A DNA stretch of 64,000 nucleotides, from assembly GCA_046541915.1 (NCBI GenBank), contig JBKHCI010000001.1, positions 11,083 through 75,082 on the forward strand, given 5' to 3'. This document shows, in pieces, positions 18,981 through 30,088 of the stretch (position 1 is the first letter of the stretch; each line of letters starts with the position of its first letter). The notes beneath the pieces were generated by a model that ran no database searches, was not told the origin of the DNA, and was given only the letters and a program-made list of their open reading frames with translations. A program made the position numbers and the translations under genes. This DNA comes from Desulfonatronovibrio sp. (GTDB lineage: Bacteria > Desulfobacterota > Desulfovibrionia > Desulfovibrionales > Desulfonatronovibrionaceae).

Positions 18981-21900
18981 TCATCTGTCTTGTGAAGCAG
19001 GGTCTTTTCCGGCAATGAATGAATACACAACCGGAACAAAGACCAGGGTGATCAGAGTTGAACTGGCAAGGCCGCCGATAATGGCCCTGGCCATAGGCGC
19101 CTGGGCTTCCCCTCCTTCGCCTGCCCCCAGGGCCAGGGGAAGGAGGCCGAAGATGGTAGTCAGGGCGGTCATGAGAATGGGCCTGAGTCTTCTGACCCCT
19201 ACTTCCCGGATGGCGGCAAACATTTCATATCCTTCATTCTTACGGACCATATTGGTTTGGTCCACCAGAAGTATGGAGTTGTTCACCAGGATTCCTCCAA
19301 GCATTATACAGCCGATGTAGGACTGGATATTAAAAGTGGTGTCAGTGAGAAAAAGCATGAGTATCACTCCGATAATAGCCAGGGGGACTGAAAACATGAC
19401 GATGAAGGGATCCCTTAGAGATTCGTACAGGCAGGCCATGACCATGTACACCAGGATCAGGGCCAGGATAAGGCCCAGCCCGAGTTCATTAAAAGCCTTT
19501 TGCTGTTCCTGGTAATCCCCTCCAAAAGTTATGCTGAATCCCTGAGGAAGGGGAACCGCCCTGAGCCTGTCTCTGATGTCTTCTATGACTGCACTCAAGT
19601 CTCTGGTGGTCAAATCAGTGGATATGGTGATGATTCGCTCCTGGTCTTTTCTTTCTATGCTTATGGGACTATATCCGGAGCGAACATCTACCAGGTTGCG
19701 CAGGACAACAGGTACTCCATCCTGTCCGCTTACAGTGATATCCAGAAGCTGGTCCAAGGGAATATGGTCGGAATCTTTCAGTTTAAGCAGAATGGAGTAC
19801 TCATCACCCTGATCGCGGAAGTTCCCTGCTGTAGAACCAGAAAGTACCGTCTGCACTGCATTGGCCACGTCTGTTATGCTTACCCCCATGCTTTCCGCCT
19901 TGGCCCGGTCCACAACGATCAATTCCTCAGGGACTCCTGAATCGCGGCTTACTCTGGCATCCTCAATGCCGTCCACCTGTTCTATCATGGCCTGAATCTG
20001 TTCAGTCAGGGCCTGGGCCTTATCCAGATCATAGCCTCTTACTTCCACTTCCACCCGGTCGCCGTCAGACGTGCCCATGCGCAGAATGAACAGACCCTGC
20101 CCGGCTCTGGTCCTGATGGTGGCGCCGGGAATCCTGCTCAGTTTTTTGCGCAGATCCATGGCGATTTCCTGGCTTGAACGGGTTCTTTGGTCTTGTTCCA
20201 CAAGACTGAGCCTTATTTCACCTATATGTGAACCGGAAAAACGCCAGCCTGCTCCTCCAAGGAAGGAGATTATGTTTTCCGCTTCCGGGACTTCTTTGTT
20301 AATGATTTCCTCTGCCTTCAGGGCGGCTGAGTTCAGCTGGGAAAGTCTGGACCCGACTTCCATTTCAATATTGACCCTTACTTCTCCTTCGTCAGTCTGC
20401 GGCATCATTTCCGTGCCTATAAAAGGAATCAGGGTCAGACTGCCAAGAAGGATCAAGCCGGAAAGGGCAATAGTCAGAATTCTGTGATTTAGACAGTAAT
20501 TCAGGATTGATTTATATGAATCTTCAAGGCTTTTAAAAAAGGCGCAGGAAATATTGCTGATCCGGCTGGAAAGACACCGCTCACTGGCCTGGGCGGCAAA
20601 CGGGGTTAAAAATTTTGATGAAAGCATGGGTACAAGCGTAAGGGCCACGGCCAGTGAGCATAAAAGGGAGAAACCAACGACATAAGCCAGCTGGGTAAAC
20701 ATCACTCCGGCCATGCCCCGGACAAATATCAGGGGTAGAAAAACCGCCAGTGTAGTCAGGGTACTGGCTGTAATGGCCCCGGCTACTTCACCGGTGCCTT
20801 GAACAGCCGCCTGTAAAGGTGGTGTACCGTCTTCGCGTTTGCGATAAATGTTTTCAAGAACCACGATGGAGTTGTCCACCAGCATGCCTACTCCCAGGGC
20901 CAGCCCTCCCAGGGTCATGAGATTGATGGTAAATCCGCCGAAATATATGATTATAAAAGTAGCAATTATGGCAATGGGTATGGCGGTTGCGACAATGGCT
21001 GTGCCGCGCAGGCTTCGCAGAAAAAAGGCCAGTACCAGCACTGCAAAAAAACCGCCGTAAAAAAGGGCCATGGTAACATTGGTAATGGATCTCTGAATGT
21101 ACTGTGAGGTGTCTATGATGGGAACAATTCGAAGTTGCGGAATATCACGGTTGATGTTTTCAATCTCATTCAAGACCTGTCTGGCTACTTCAACTGTATT
21201 GGCCCCGGATTGCTTGTTCACAGCCAGCCTGACGCCTGGTTCTCCATTGACCCGGACTATCCTGGTTACACGTTCCCAGGAATCCTCAACATCAGCAATG
21301 TCCTGGAGTCTGACTGCTGATCCTTGTCTGACAGCGATTATGGTCTTTCGCAATTCTTCCAGGTCTGTGAATTCCCCGAGGGTGCGCACCGAGACTTCAT
21401 AAGGTCCGCTTTCCATTATACCGCCCGGGAGGCTGACGTTGGCCTCTTTTATGCGCCTGATTATTTCATCCAGAGGCAATTCCAGGGCCTGTATCCGGCC
21501 GGGGATCAAATTGACATGTATCTGCCGGTCCAGACCTCCCCTGATATCCAGAGAGGCCACACCCGGGACGCGTTCCAGCCGGTAGCGGACTTCATCCTCG
21601 ATCATTTTCATGGTCTGGATGGGGTCAAGATTGCTGGACGCTCCAAGGATCAGTATGGGAAAGCCGGCCAGATCGAATTTGCGCAGGAAAGGCCTGTCAG
21701 CGTCATCAGGAAGACTGGCAACTACACGGTCCAGGCGGTCGCGCAGGTCATTGGCCGCGGCATCCAGGTCCGTGCCCCAGACAAAAGAGATGCGAATGTC
21801 ACTTAAGCCCTCGCTGGATCTTGAATAAATTTCTTCCACACCGGGAACAGCGCTGAAAGCCCTTTCCAGGGGCCTTGTGATCAGGGTTTCAACCTCATGA

Positions 21901-22070
21901 GGCGCGGCATTGGAGTAGTTGGTCCGAACACTTAAGGTAGGATAAGTAATGTCCGGCATAAGGTCGATGGGCACCCTGGAAAGGGATACCGCGCCCAGGA
22001 TCAGGACAATAAGAGTGGCCATGGTCACGAAAACCGGCCTGGCAACTGAAAAGATGGTCAGATTATTCAT
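18981..22070 (-). CDS. RND efflux permease (AcrB/AcrD/AcrF family)
   Basis: 1029 aa; RPVF, GMLVDNSIVVLENI, GILVNNSILLVD, RLRPILMT. Confidence 0.95.
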   Translation of the reverse strand: MNNLTIFSVARPVFVTMATLIVLILGAVSLSRVPIDLMPDITYPTLSVRTNYSNAAPHEVETLITRPLERAFSAVPGVEEIYSRSSEGLSDIRISFVWGTDLDAAANDLRDRLDRVVASLPDDADRPFLRKFDLAGFPILILGASSNLDPIQTMKMIEDEVRYRLERVPGVASLDIRGGLDRQIHVNLIPGRIQALELPLDEIIRRIKEANVSLPGGIMESGPYEVSVRTLGEFTDLEELRKTIIAVRQGSAVRLQDIADVEDSWERVTRIVRVNGEPGVRLAVNKQSGANTVEVARQVLNEIENINRDIPQLRIVPIIDTSQYIQRSITNVTMALFYGGFFAVLVLAFFLRSLRGTAIVATAIPIAIIATFIIIYFGGFTINLMTLGGLALGVGMLVDNSIVVLENIYRKREDGTPPLQAAVQGTGEVAGAITASTLTTLAVFLPLIFVRGMAGVMFTQLAYVVGFSLLCSLAVALTLVPMLSSKFLTPFAAQASERCLSSRISNISCAFFKSLEDSYKSILNYCLNHRILTIALSGLILLGSLTLIPFIGTEMMPQTDEGEVRVNIEMEVGSRLSQLNSAALKAEEIINKEVPEAENIISFLGGAGWRFSGSHIGEIRLSLVEQDQRTRSSQEIAMDLRKKLSRIPGATIRTRAGQGLFILRMGTSDGDRVEVEVRGYDLDKAQALTEQIQAMIEQVDGIEDARVSRDSGVPEELIVVDRAKAESMGVSITDVANAVQTVLSGSTAGNFRDQGDEYSILLKLKDSDHIPLDQLLDITVSGQDGVPVVLRNLVDVRSGYSPISIERKDQERIITISTDLTTRDLSAVIEDIRDRLRAVPLPQGFSITFGGDYQEQQKAFNELGLGLILALILVYMVMACLYESLRDPFIVMFSVPLAIIGVILMLFLTDTTFNIQSYIGCIMLGGILVNNSILLVDQTNMVRKNEGYEMFAAIREVGVRRLRPILMTALTTIFGLLPLALGAGEGGEAQAPMARAIIGGLASSTLITLVFVPVVYSFIAGKDPASQDR

Positions 22071-23223
22071 TTTTCAGGCCGGGGATGATTATATCCATCC
22101 CGTCTTCCAGGAGGTGGTGTCCCAGGGTGACCACCAGTCCCTCAACGCGGGGTTCCACTATCTCAGCCAGGCCGTTGTCAATCAGCCCGACAGTGACGGG
22201 TACAAATTGTGCTTTCATGTTTTCAGTGTCTGCCAGAAATACCCCCTGCTGTCCCTGAAGTCTGACAATAGATTCCACTGGCACAGAGACCACGTCTTCA
22301 TGTCTGGAGAATTCCAGCCTGACTCTGGCAAACATTCCCGGAGCCAGCAGACCGTCCGCGTTGGAGAGCAGGACTTCAACCCTTCCCTGCCGGGAAGCCT
22401 CTTCAAGGACCGGGGCAAAGCGGACTATTTCTCCCTGATATGTTTTTTCCGGGTACGCGTCAGCAGTGACCAGGGCGGTCTGCCCCACCCTGATAAAGGG
22501 AAAGTCACGTTCAATAACATTGACTACAGCTATGAGTTTTTCTGTATTTACTATGGAAATGACAGGTTCATTAGCCTGAAGCATGGATCCTTCGTCAGTT
22601 AATCTTCTGCCCACAACCCGTTTTTCCGGACTGCGGTCCCACCGGGCGATTATCCGGGTATAGGAAAGCCTGACTCTGGCGGCTTCCAGGGCGGCCTCTT
22701 TCTGGCGTACCTGAGCCTTGGCCACCTCATGCCGGGCCCTGTTTACATCATAGGCGCCCTGAATCTGATCCAGCTCTGACTGGGAAAGGGTGGCTGATTC
22801 TACCAGGCGCAGTGCTCTGGACAGTTCTTTTTCAGAAACTTCCAGTTCACTGGCGCTTTCCCCGAGGTTGGCCCGGGCGACTTCCAGCTCAGCCCTGGCA
22901 CCCTGTACCTGCTGGAGGTATTCTTCGCTTTCCAGGCGGGCAATGGTTTCTCCCCTGGTGACCTGGTCACCGATATCAAAATAGAGCTTTTCAAGCCGGC
23001 CTGATACCTTGGGCGCTACAATAAATTCTTTTTCAGCTTTGAGGCTGCCGGTAAGCTCTGCGCTATGGTAAAGAGAGGCTTTGCGCACAGGTTCAACACC
23101 AACGGCCTGGACAGGAGTTCCGGATTTGGAAGAGGCAGCAGAGGGGCTGAAAACTTCAATATAGACTTTGTGGGCAATAAAGGCGGCGGTTAAGACAATA
23201 ATCAGGACTATGATTTTTTTCAT
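22063..23223 (-). CDS. RND periplasmic adaptor (membrane fusion protein)
   Basis: N-terminal TM, APKVSGRL lipoyl-like half motif, coiled coil, LAPGMFARV; overlaps the permease start. Confidence 0.93.
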   Translation of the reverse strand: MKKIIVLIIVLTAAFIAHKVYIEVFSPSAASSKSGTPVQAVGVEPVRKASLYHSAELTGSLKAEKEFIVAPKVSGRLEKLYFDIGDQVTRGETIARLESEEYLQQVQGARAELEVARANLGESASELEVSEKELSRALRLVESATLSQSELDQIQGAYDVNRARHEVAKAQVRQKEAALEAARVRLSYTRIIARWDRSPEKRVVGRRLTDEGSMLQANEPVISIVNTEKLIAVVNVIERDFPFIRVGQTALVTADAYPEKTYQGEIVRFAPVLEEASRQGRVEVLLSNADGLLAPGMFARVRLEFSRHEDVVSVPVESIVRLQGQQGVFLADTENMKAQFVPVTVGLIDNGLAEIVEPRVEGLVVTLGHHLLEDGMDIIIPGLKNE

Positions 23224-23576
23224 GTATTTCCCGGATGAAAACTAGTTAGTGAGATTTAAGACTCATAGGTCTGATATTTTAAGCATTCCCCTTTAAGAAG
23301 TAAACAGATAGTATAACTGTTCACAGTAGACTTTAAGATATTCAGGTCAGGAAGATTTGAAGCTGAAACAAGGAACCTGAATTCGAGAAGCCGAAAAGAT
23401 TTACCGCTAGCAGAATTTGGGACAGGTGGAAAACAGTAGCCTGGCAAGGAATTTTTTTGCCTTGTCTCCTGCGTGATTGTGGGCTATCAGCTACAGGCAT
23501 GCTGATCTCGAAACATGCAAGACCAGCCCAGGACAGGGGCGGATATTTGTACCCAAATAACTAAATGGAGAAAACA

Positions 23577-24062
23577 ATGCAGGTTTTACTGAGCACTAAT
23601 TTCGGAGATATCACTATTGATCTGGAAGCTGACAAATCACCGCTTACAGTGGAAAATTTTCTGAACTATATTGAGCAGGGGTTTTATAATGACACCATTT
23701 TTCATCGGGTGATTCCCGGTTTTATGATCCAGGGAGGAGGCTTGTCCAAGGATATGACGGAGAAAAAGACCGCCCCCCCTATTAAGAATGAGGCCAAGAA
23801 CGGGCTGCTGAACCTGCGCGGCACTCTGGCCATGGCCAGGACCCAGGATAAAGACAGTGCCACCAGCCAGTTTTTTATCAATCTTTCCGATAATCATTTT
23901 CTGGATCACGGATCCAGGGATTTCGGGTATGCTGTTTTTGCACGGGTCTCGGAAGGCATGGAGGTTGTGGATAAAATTGCCGGGGTTGCTACCGGCAGGT
24001 CTGGTTTTCATGAAGATGTTCCCAAAGATCCGGTTATTATCAAAAACGCCGCACTTATCTGA
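23577..24062 (+). CDS. Cyclophilin-type peptidyl-prolyl isomerase (PpiA/PpiB)
   Basis: [37 protein letters not shown]; ATG 23577 after GGAG. Confidence 0.95.
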   Translation: MQVLLSTNFGDITIDLEADKSPLTVENFLNYIEQGFYNDTIFHRVIPGFMIQGGGLSKDMTEKKTAPPIKNEAKNGLLNLRGTLAMARTQDKDSATSQFFINLSDNHFLDHGSRDFGYAVFARVSEGMEVVDKIAGVATGRSGFHEDVPKDPVIIKNAALI

Positions 24063-24098
24063 TGCTGGGGTTGGGATGAAACTTTTACCGAATGAGAA

Positions 24099-24237
24099 GC
24101 GTATCACCCTGGCGTACCCGGGATCAAACCTGCAAGTAACAAGAGAGATTGCCGCGCTCGAAGACTCGCTCGCAATGACAGACGGGGTTACGCGATACCT
24201 GTCATTGCGAGGGAGCAAAGCGACCGAAGCAATCTCT
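24099..24237. repeat. Module X plus inverted REP-like pair (module Y)
   Basis: AGAGATTGCCGCGCTCGAAGACTCGCTCGCAATGACAG-spacer-CTGTCATTGCGAGGGAGCAAAGCGACCGAAGCAATCTCT; arms nearly identical to 45301-45394. Confidence 0.85.
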
Positions 24238-24529
24238 ATAGCAAAACCGTAATATTTTGAAATTATGGTATAAACGCTCTAAATTACTTGTAAGAAGACA
24301 GTTGAATAAGGACTTTTTCAATATGCTGCAAGGAAGTTCCGGATTTAACCATTCGCAGCCAGAGGCTTAATAGTTATTTTTATTCTTGATTTGATTAAGG
24401 TTTTCAATTAAGAAAAGCCATCAATCATGGAGAAGTGGCTGAATGTCAGCTTTTAAGCTGTTTTAGATTTCTCTGTGAAGTCTATGGATCGGGCAGGAAA
24501 TCATTTCAACTTTCTTAAGGAGGCAGTCA

Positions 24530-25654
24530 ATGAAGGAACGCATTAAAATTCTGGTATTCTCTCTGACTATGATCATGTTGATGGGTGTGGGAAACGCTTG
24601 GGCTGAAATAAAGATCGGCCTGATGTGTCCCCTGACCGGATCCTGGGCCAGTGAAGGCCAGGACATGAAGGATGTCGTTGAGCTCATGGCCGCTGAAATA
24701 AACGAAGCAGGCGGGATCAACGGCGAGCAGGTTACCATCCTGGTCGAGGACGACGGGGGCGATCCCAAGACAGCGGTTTCGGCTGCCAACCGTCTGGCTA
24801 CCAGGGATATTACAGCTGTAATCGGAACTTATGGCTCTTCAATTACCGAGGCCACTCAGAATATTTATGATGATTACCAGATTATCCAGGTTGCCAATGG
24901 GGCCACTTCCGTCCGTCTGACCCAGAAAGGGCTTGAATATTTTTTCCGTACTTGCCCAAGAAATGATGAACAGGGAAAAGTTGCCGCGAAAACTATTGAT
25001 TCCATGGGTTTTGATAAGGTAGCCATTCTTCATGACAGCACCTCATACGCCAGAGGTCTGGCTGATGAAGCCCGTGGTCTCCTGGAAGATGAAAATAAGG
25101 ATATAGTCTTTTTTGGCGCCCTGACTCCAGGTGAAAGAGATTACAGTACCATTCTTTCCAAGCTTAGAAATGCGGGCCCTGAGATTGTCTTTTTTACAGG
25201 CTATTACCCTGAGGCAGGACTTTTGCTCAAACAGAAGAGTGAAATGGGCTGGGACGTACCTTTTCTGGGAGGCGATGCCACCAATAATCCGGATCTGGTA
25301 TCCATTTCCGGCAGGTCAGCCGCTGAAGGCTTTTATTTCCTGAGTCCTCCGGTCCCTCAGGACCTGGATACTCCCCAGGCCAAAGATTTTCTGACTTCAT
25401 TTAATGAAAAATACGGTTCCAATCCTGGATCCATCTATGCAGTGCTTGCCGGAGACGCGTTTCTGGCCATTGCCGAAGCCATGAACCATACAGGTTCCAC
25501 AGAAAGCGATGTTGTGGCTGATTACATGCATGGAGAACTTAGCGTTGCCGGACTTACCGGTGTGATTTCTTTTGACGAACAGGGTGACCGGGCAGGCGAG
25601 CTTTACCGCCTCTACCAGGTTGACGCTGAAGGCAATTTTGTTATGCAGGAATAA
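24530..25654 (+). CDS. livK: Branched-chain amino acid ABC transporter substrate-binding protein
   Basis: Signal peptide; IKIGLMCPLTG, INEAGGING, FFRTCP, YARGLAD. Confidence 0.88.
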   Translation: MKERIKILVFSLTMIMLMGVGNAWAEIKIGLMCPLTGSWASEGQDMKDVVELMAAEINEAGGINGEQVTILVEDDGGDPKTAVSAANRLATRDITAVIGTYGSSITEATQNIYDDYQIIQVANGATSVRLTQKGLEYFFRTCPRNDEQGKVAAKTIDSMGFDKVAILHDSTSYARGLADEARGLLEDENKDIVFFGALTPGERDYSTILSKLRNAGPEIVFFTGYYPEAGLLLKQKSEMGWDVPFLGGDATNNPDLVSISGRSAAEGFYFLSPPVPQDLDTPQAKDFLTSFNEKYGSNPGSIYAVLAGDAFLAIAEAMNHTGSTESDVVADYMHGELSVAGLTGVISFDEQGDRAGELYRLYQVDAEGNFVMQE

Positions 25655-25657
25655 TAT

Positions 25658-25694
25658 AAAAAACGCGCCGGTTTTTGCCGGCGCGTTTTTTTTT
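25658..25694 (+). terminator. Hairpin/terminator after livK
   Basis: AAAAAACGCGCCGG-ttttt-gCCGGCGCGTTTTTTTTT. Confidence 0.8.
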
Positions 25695-25796
25695 GCGGTC
25701 TTTGGATAAAGCAGGACTAATTGGAATTTTTGAAAAGTCTGCTGGGCAAGGACTTTTTCAACAAGCTGTTAAACCCTCTAACCCTGGATAAAAGAA

Positions 25797-26702
25797 ATGG
25801 AATTTTTCTTTGAACAGCTTATCAACGGTCTGGCTGTAGGGGGAATATACGCCCTCATCGCCCTGGGTTATACCATGGTTTACGGGGTGATGAGACTTAT
25901 AAATTTTGCTCATGGCGATCTTTTTACAATAGGATCATATCTGGGCATGACTATTCTGACGGCCTACGCCATAACCGCATACCTGGGTCCTTTTACCGGG
26001 GTTCTGTTTCTGATCATAGTGATTATGGGCATGGTTGGCATTATCGGGATGATTCTGGAAAGAGTGGCCTACCGGCCCGTGCGTCAGGCTGACCGGCTGT
26101 CCGCTGTGGTTTCCGCCCTGGGAGCATCAATATTTTTTTCCAACCTGGTCATGCTTATCTGGGGGCCTAGATTCAGGGTTTATCCAGAAGATATTCTGCC
26201 CCGCATCACCCTGAATATCCTGGGCCTTGATGTCCCTCTTTTAAGGATACTGGTCCTGGCCACATCTCTAAGCCTTATGGCTATTCTTTATTTTTTCGTT
26301 CAGAAAACAAAAACAGGAACCGCTATTCGGGCAGTGGCCATTGATCACGGCGCGGCCAGGCTTATGGGCATTAACGTCAACAGGATAATTTCTCTGGTTT
26401 TTCTCATAGGTCCCGCCCTTGGGGGAGCGGCCGGTGTAATGGTCGGTCTTTATTATGGTCAGGTCAATTTTACCATGGGCTGGTCATACGGACTCAAGGC
26501 TTTTATCGCCGCGGTCCTGGGAGGCATCGGCAATATTCCCGGGGCCATGCTGGGAGGCCTTCTCCTGGGAGTAATAGAGGCCATGGGCGCGGCTTTTATT
26601 TCCACCGCCTGGAAAGACGGCATAGCCTTTATTGTCCTTATCCTTATTCTGATTTTTCGCCCCACCGGACTGCTGGGTGAGAGAGTAGCGGATAAAGTCT
26701 GA
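25797..26702 (+). CDS. livH: BCAA ABC transporter permease
   Basis: YALIALGYTMVYG, INFAHG, LKAFIAAVLGGIG. Confidence 0.92.
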   Translation: MEFFFEQLINGLAVGGIYALIALGYTMVYGVMRLINFAHGDLFTIGSYLGMTILTAYAITAYLGPFTGVLFLIIVIMGMVGIIGMILERVAYRPVRQADRLSAVVSALGASIFFSNLVMLIWGPRFRVYPEDILPRITLNILGLDVPLLRILVLATSLSLMAILYFFVQKTKTGTAIRAVAIDHGAARLMGINVNRIISLVFLIGPALGGAAGVMVGLYYGQVNFTMGWSYGLKAFIAAVLGGIGNIPGAMLGGLLLGVIEAMGAAFISTAWKDGIAFIVLILILIFRPTGLLGERVADKV

Positions 26703-26760
26703 TCACCCCTGAATTCTGAATCATGAAAGCTGAATACATTTAAGCAGGAACACAAGGCAT

Positions 26761-27723
26761 ATGCTTAAACATAAAAACAAATTACTGATCCTGGCATTTT
26801 CAGTGGCAATTTTCATCTGCCCCTTTTTTCTTAATGCATATTGGGTAGATGTAATCAACAATATCGGTCTGTATGCCATTCTGGCCCTGAGCCTCAACTT
26901 TATTGTGGGTTATACCGGCCTTTTTCATATGGGACATGCGGCTTTTTTTGCGGTAGGGGCCTATACAGCGGCCATACTCAATACATCTTACAGTATTCCC
27001 ATACTTCTTCTGCTTCCGGTGAGCGGGGCAGCGGCCGCCTTTTTTGCCTATCTGGTGGCCAGACCGATCATTCATTTGCGCGGAGATTACCTGCTTATTG
27101 TGACCATAGCCATTGTAGAGGTGGTACGCATTGCCTTGGTCAACAATGTGTTCGGGCTTACCGGCGGGTCCAACGGCATATTTGGAATCTCCAGGCCGGA
27201 ATTTTTCGGGTTTGATATCCGCAGGCCTCATCATTTTTACTATTATATCTGGGCTTTTCTGGGAGTCAGTGTTTACCTTTTTCATCAGCTGGAGAAATCC
27301 AGGTTTGTCAGGGCCCTGAATTATATCAAGAATGACGAGGTGGCTGCCCAGGGAAGCGGGGTTGATATAGCCTATTACAAACTTATCGCATTTGTTCTCG
27401 GGGCCTTCTGGGCCGGAATGGCTGGGAATATCTACGCTTCCAAAATGACACTTATCTCTCCTGAATCCTTTAATTTCTGGGAGTCGGTCATCCTTTTTGT
27501 CATTGTAATCCTGGGCGGGTCCGGAAGTATAAGAGGAGTTATCCTGGGCGCTTTCCTTATTGTCGGCCTTCCCGAAGTTTTTCGTCAGTTTGCCGGGGCC
27601 CGGATGCTTGTTTTTGGAGCAGCCATGGTAGCCATGATGGTCTTCAGGCCTCAGGGTTTTCTCCCGCCCTTGCCCAGGAAATATCCCATTCATAAAATTA
27701 AACCCGGAGACCAGACTTTATGA
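26761..27723 (+). CDS. livM: BCAA ABC transporter permease
   Basis: [28 protein letters not shown]. Confidence 0.92.
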   Translation: MLKHKNKLLILAFSVAIFICPFFLNAYWVDVINNIGLYAILALSLNFIVGYTGLFHMGHAAFFAVGAYTAAILNTSYSIPILLLLPVSGAAAAFFAYLVARPIIHLRGDYLLIVTIAIVEVVRIALVNNVFGLTGGSNGIFGISRPEFFGFDIRRPHHFYYYIWAFLGVSVYLFHQLEKSRFVRALNYIKNDEVAAQGSGVDIAYYKLIAFVLGAFWAGMAGNIYASKMTLISPESFNFWESVILFVIVILGGSGSIRGVILGAFLIVGLPEVFRQFAGARMLVFGAAMVAMMVFRPQGFLPPLPRKYPIHKIKPGDQTL

Positions 27724-28490
27724 CGCTGCTTAGCATCAACAATCTTACCAAAAGATTCGGCGGGCTGATGGCGGTGAACGATGTCAGCTTTGACGTTGAT
27801 GAGGGTAAAATCGTCGGCCTTATCGGACCCAACGGCGCCGGAAAAACAACAGTATTCAACCTGATTACAGGTAATTATATCCCTGATCAGGGTGAAATCG
27901 TATTTGATGGTCATAATCTTGTGGGCCAAAAGACCCACAAGATTGTTTCTCTGGGTATTGCCAGGACTTTTCAGACCATCAGGCTGTTTAAAAATCTGTC
28001 TGTGCTGGAAAATGTTCTGGCAGGATGCCATTGCCGGATGAGTTCCGGAATATTTAGATCCATGTTCAGATTTCCTTCTCAGCGCGAAGAGGAGAGAATG
28101 GCTCTGGGCAGGGCTTTAAAAGAACTTAAGTTCGTGGGTATGGAAGAATATATGGATTTAAAATCCATGAATCTTTCCTATGGCAACCAGAGGCTGCTGG
28201 AGATAGCCAGAGCCCTGGCCAGCGATCCCAAGCTTATTGTCCTGGATGAACCAGCCGGCGGCATGAATGATTATGAAACCCAGCAGCTGGTAAAACTCAT
28301 CCGGAAGATGCAGGACAGGGGACTCACCGTGCTCCTTATCGAACATGACATGAATCTGGTTATGCGTATCTGCGAAGATATCGTGGTCCTGGAGCACGGG
28401 GCAAAGATCGCCCAGGGCACGGCCGATGAAATTACCCAGGACCAGCGGGTCATTGAAGCCTATCTTGGAATTGATGAAGATGAGGAATAG
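27720..28490 (+). CDS. livG: BCAA ABC transporter ATPase
   Basis: [33 protein letters not shown]. Confidence 0.93.
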   Translation: MTLLSINNLTKRFGGLMAVNDVSFDVDEGKIVGLIGPNGAGKTTVFNLITGNYIPDQGEIVFDGHNLVGQKTHKIVSLGIARTFQTIRLFKNLSVLENVLAGCHCRMSSGIFRSMFRFPSQREEERMALGRALKELKFVGMEEYMDLKSMNLSYGNQRLLEIARALASDPKLIVLDEPAGGMNDYETQQLVKLIRKMQDRGLTVLLIEHDMNLVMRICEDIVVLEHGAKIAQGTADEITQDQRVIEAYLGIDEDEE

Positions 28491-28492
28491 AA

Positions 28493-29200
28493 ATGCTGCT
28501 AAGAGTTAAGGACCTGTTTGTTTATTACGGCAATGTTGAAGCCCTGCATGGTATCAACCTGGAAGTAGACGAAGGTGAGATTGTTGCCATTCTTGGAGCC
28601 AATGGTGCTGGAAAATCCACCACTCTCATGACCATCAGCGGCCTGGTCAGCCCTGAAAAAGGACAGATATTTTACCGGGACACCCAGATAAACAAGCTTC
28701 AGGGGCATGAAGTGGTCAAGCTGGGCATAGCTCAGGTGCCTGAGGGCAGACGGGTCTTTTCTACCCTGACTGTACAGGAAAACCTGAATCTTGGTGCCTT
28801 CACCATTACTGATAAAGATAAAGTTCAAAAAACCCGGGAATGGGTGTTTGAACTTTTTCCAAGGCTCAAGGAAAGGAGGGAACAGCTGGCCGGGACCCTG
28901 TCAGGCGGTGAGCAGCAGATGCTGGCCATAGCCAGGGGGCTTATGCCCAGTCCTAAACTTCTCTTGCTGGATGAACCCAGTCTGGGTCTGGCACCCATAT
29001 TGGTAAAATCCATTTTTGAAACCATCAGGGAGATCAATGAAAGCGGAGTAACCATTCTGCTGGTTGAACAGAACGCCAGAGCAGCTCTCAAGCTCGCCAA
29101 CAGAGGCTATGTCATGGAAGTTGGCAATATATCCCTTGAAGACAGTTCGCAGAATCTGCTCAAAAATCCAGAGGTGAGGAAGGCCTATCTTGGAGGATAA
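28493..29200 (+). CDS. livF: BCAA ABC transporter ATPase
   Basis: GANGAGKST, PEGRR, LSGGEQQM, LDEPSLGLAP, VEQNA. Confidence 0.93.
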   Translation: MLLRVKDLFVYYGNVEALHGINLEVDEGEIVAILGANGAGKSTTLMTISGLVSPEKGQIFYRDTQINKLQGHEVVKLGIAQVPEGRRVFSTLTVQENLNLGAFTITDKDKVQKTREWVFELFPRLKERREQLAGTLSGGEQQMLAIARGLMPSPKLLLLDEPSLGLAPILVKSIFETIREINESGVTILLVEQNARAALKLANRGYVMEVGNISLEDSSQNLLKNPEVRKAYLGG

Positions 29201-29301
29201 AAGAAGAAGGTTCAAGGCAGAAGGGGAAGGGAGAAACACAGATCAAAGGATATATTTTTCGGACATAAAACCAGCAAGGTCAGATAAAGAGGAATTCAAG
29301 C

Positions 29302-30087
29302 TTGTCACTTAAGGTCAGCATCAAGGGAAAAGGGAAATTTGCCAGAGGCGATGAATTTTTTCTGGGGCCTGACAGCCCTGACTCAGCTGGTCCGGGATTT
29401 GTGCTTGATCCTGAGGCTGTCATGGCTGTGCGGGCGGGTATGTACCTGACCGCTCCCAAGGCAGAATTTCAGATCATTGATAAGATCTGGTCGTCTGACG
29501 CAGAAGGAAGGGGAGATATTTTTCTCAAATTAAAGCCCCTGGCTGATATCAGTTTTGAACAAACCCTTGACTTAGCCCTTAGCCGTCAAGGTTTTTCCAT
29601 GACCTGGATAACCATGAGCGATAAAGGATCAAAAGGACATCGCCTTGATGAGAGCGGTCCCCTGATTGAGAATATCTGTGCTGCCAGCCTTGACATCTCC
29701 CTGAGCAGGGGTTTTGTTATTCCTGACGATTCTGAGCAACTGAAGTCCCTGCTTGTCCAGCTATGCCTTACCGCCGGGTTTGATCTGGTCGTAACCACCG
29801 GCGGAACCGGTCTGAGTCCCAGAGATATAACCCCGGAAGCAACAATGGCTCTGGTTGAAAAGCGATTGCCCGGTTTTGAACAGGCCATGGTTAATTATTC
29901 TTTAACCAAGACTCCCCACGCCATGATTTCCAGGGCTGTTGCCGGTACCCTTGGCCAGAGCATTATAATCAATCTTCCAGGCAGCCCCGGAGGGGTCAGA
30001 GAAAATCTGGAAGCAGTTTTGCCTGCTCTGGAGCATGCCCTGAAAAAACTCCAGGGAGACCAGTCAGATTGTGCCGGAGAGGTCTGA
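29302..30087 (+). CDS. MogA/MoaB molybdopterin adenylyltransferase with ~95-aa N-terminal extension
   Basis: ITMSD, DESGP, TTGGTGLSPRDITPEAT, AMISRA, INLPGSP. Confidence 0.88.
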   Translation: MSLKVSIKGKGKFARGDEFFLGPDSPDSAGPGFVLDPEAVMAVRAGMYLTAPKAEFQIIDKIWSSDAEGRGDIFLKLKPLADISFEQTLDLALSRQGFSMTWITMSDKGSKGHRLDESGPLIENICAASLDISLSRGFVIPDDSEQLKSLLVQLCLTAGFDLVVTTGGTGLSPRDITPEATMALVEKRLPGFEQAMVNYSLTKTPHAMISRAVAGTLGQSIIINLPGSPGGVRENLEAVLPALEHALKKLQGDQSDCAGEV

Positions 30088-30088
30088 A

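Noticed and set aside
18981-23223. RND pump without an outer-membrane factor gene
   Set aside because: TolC-like partners are commonly encoded elsewhere
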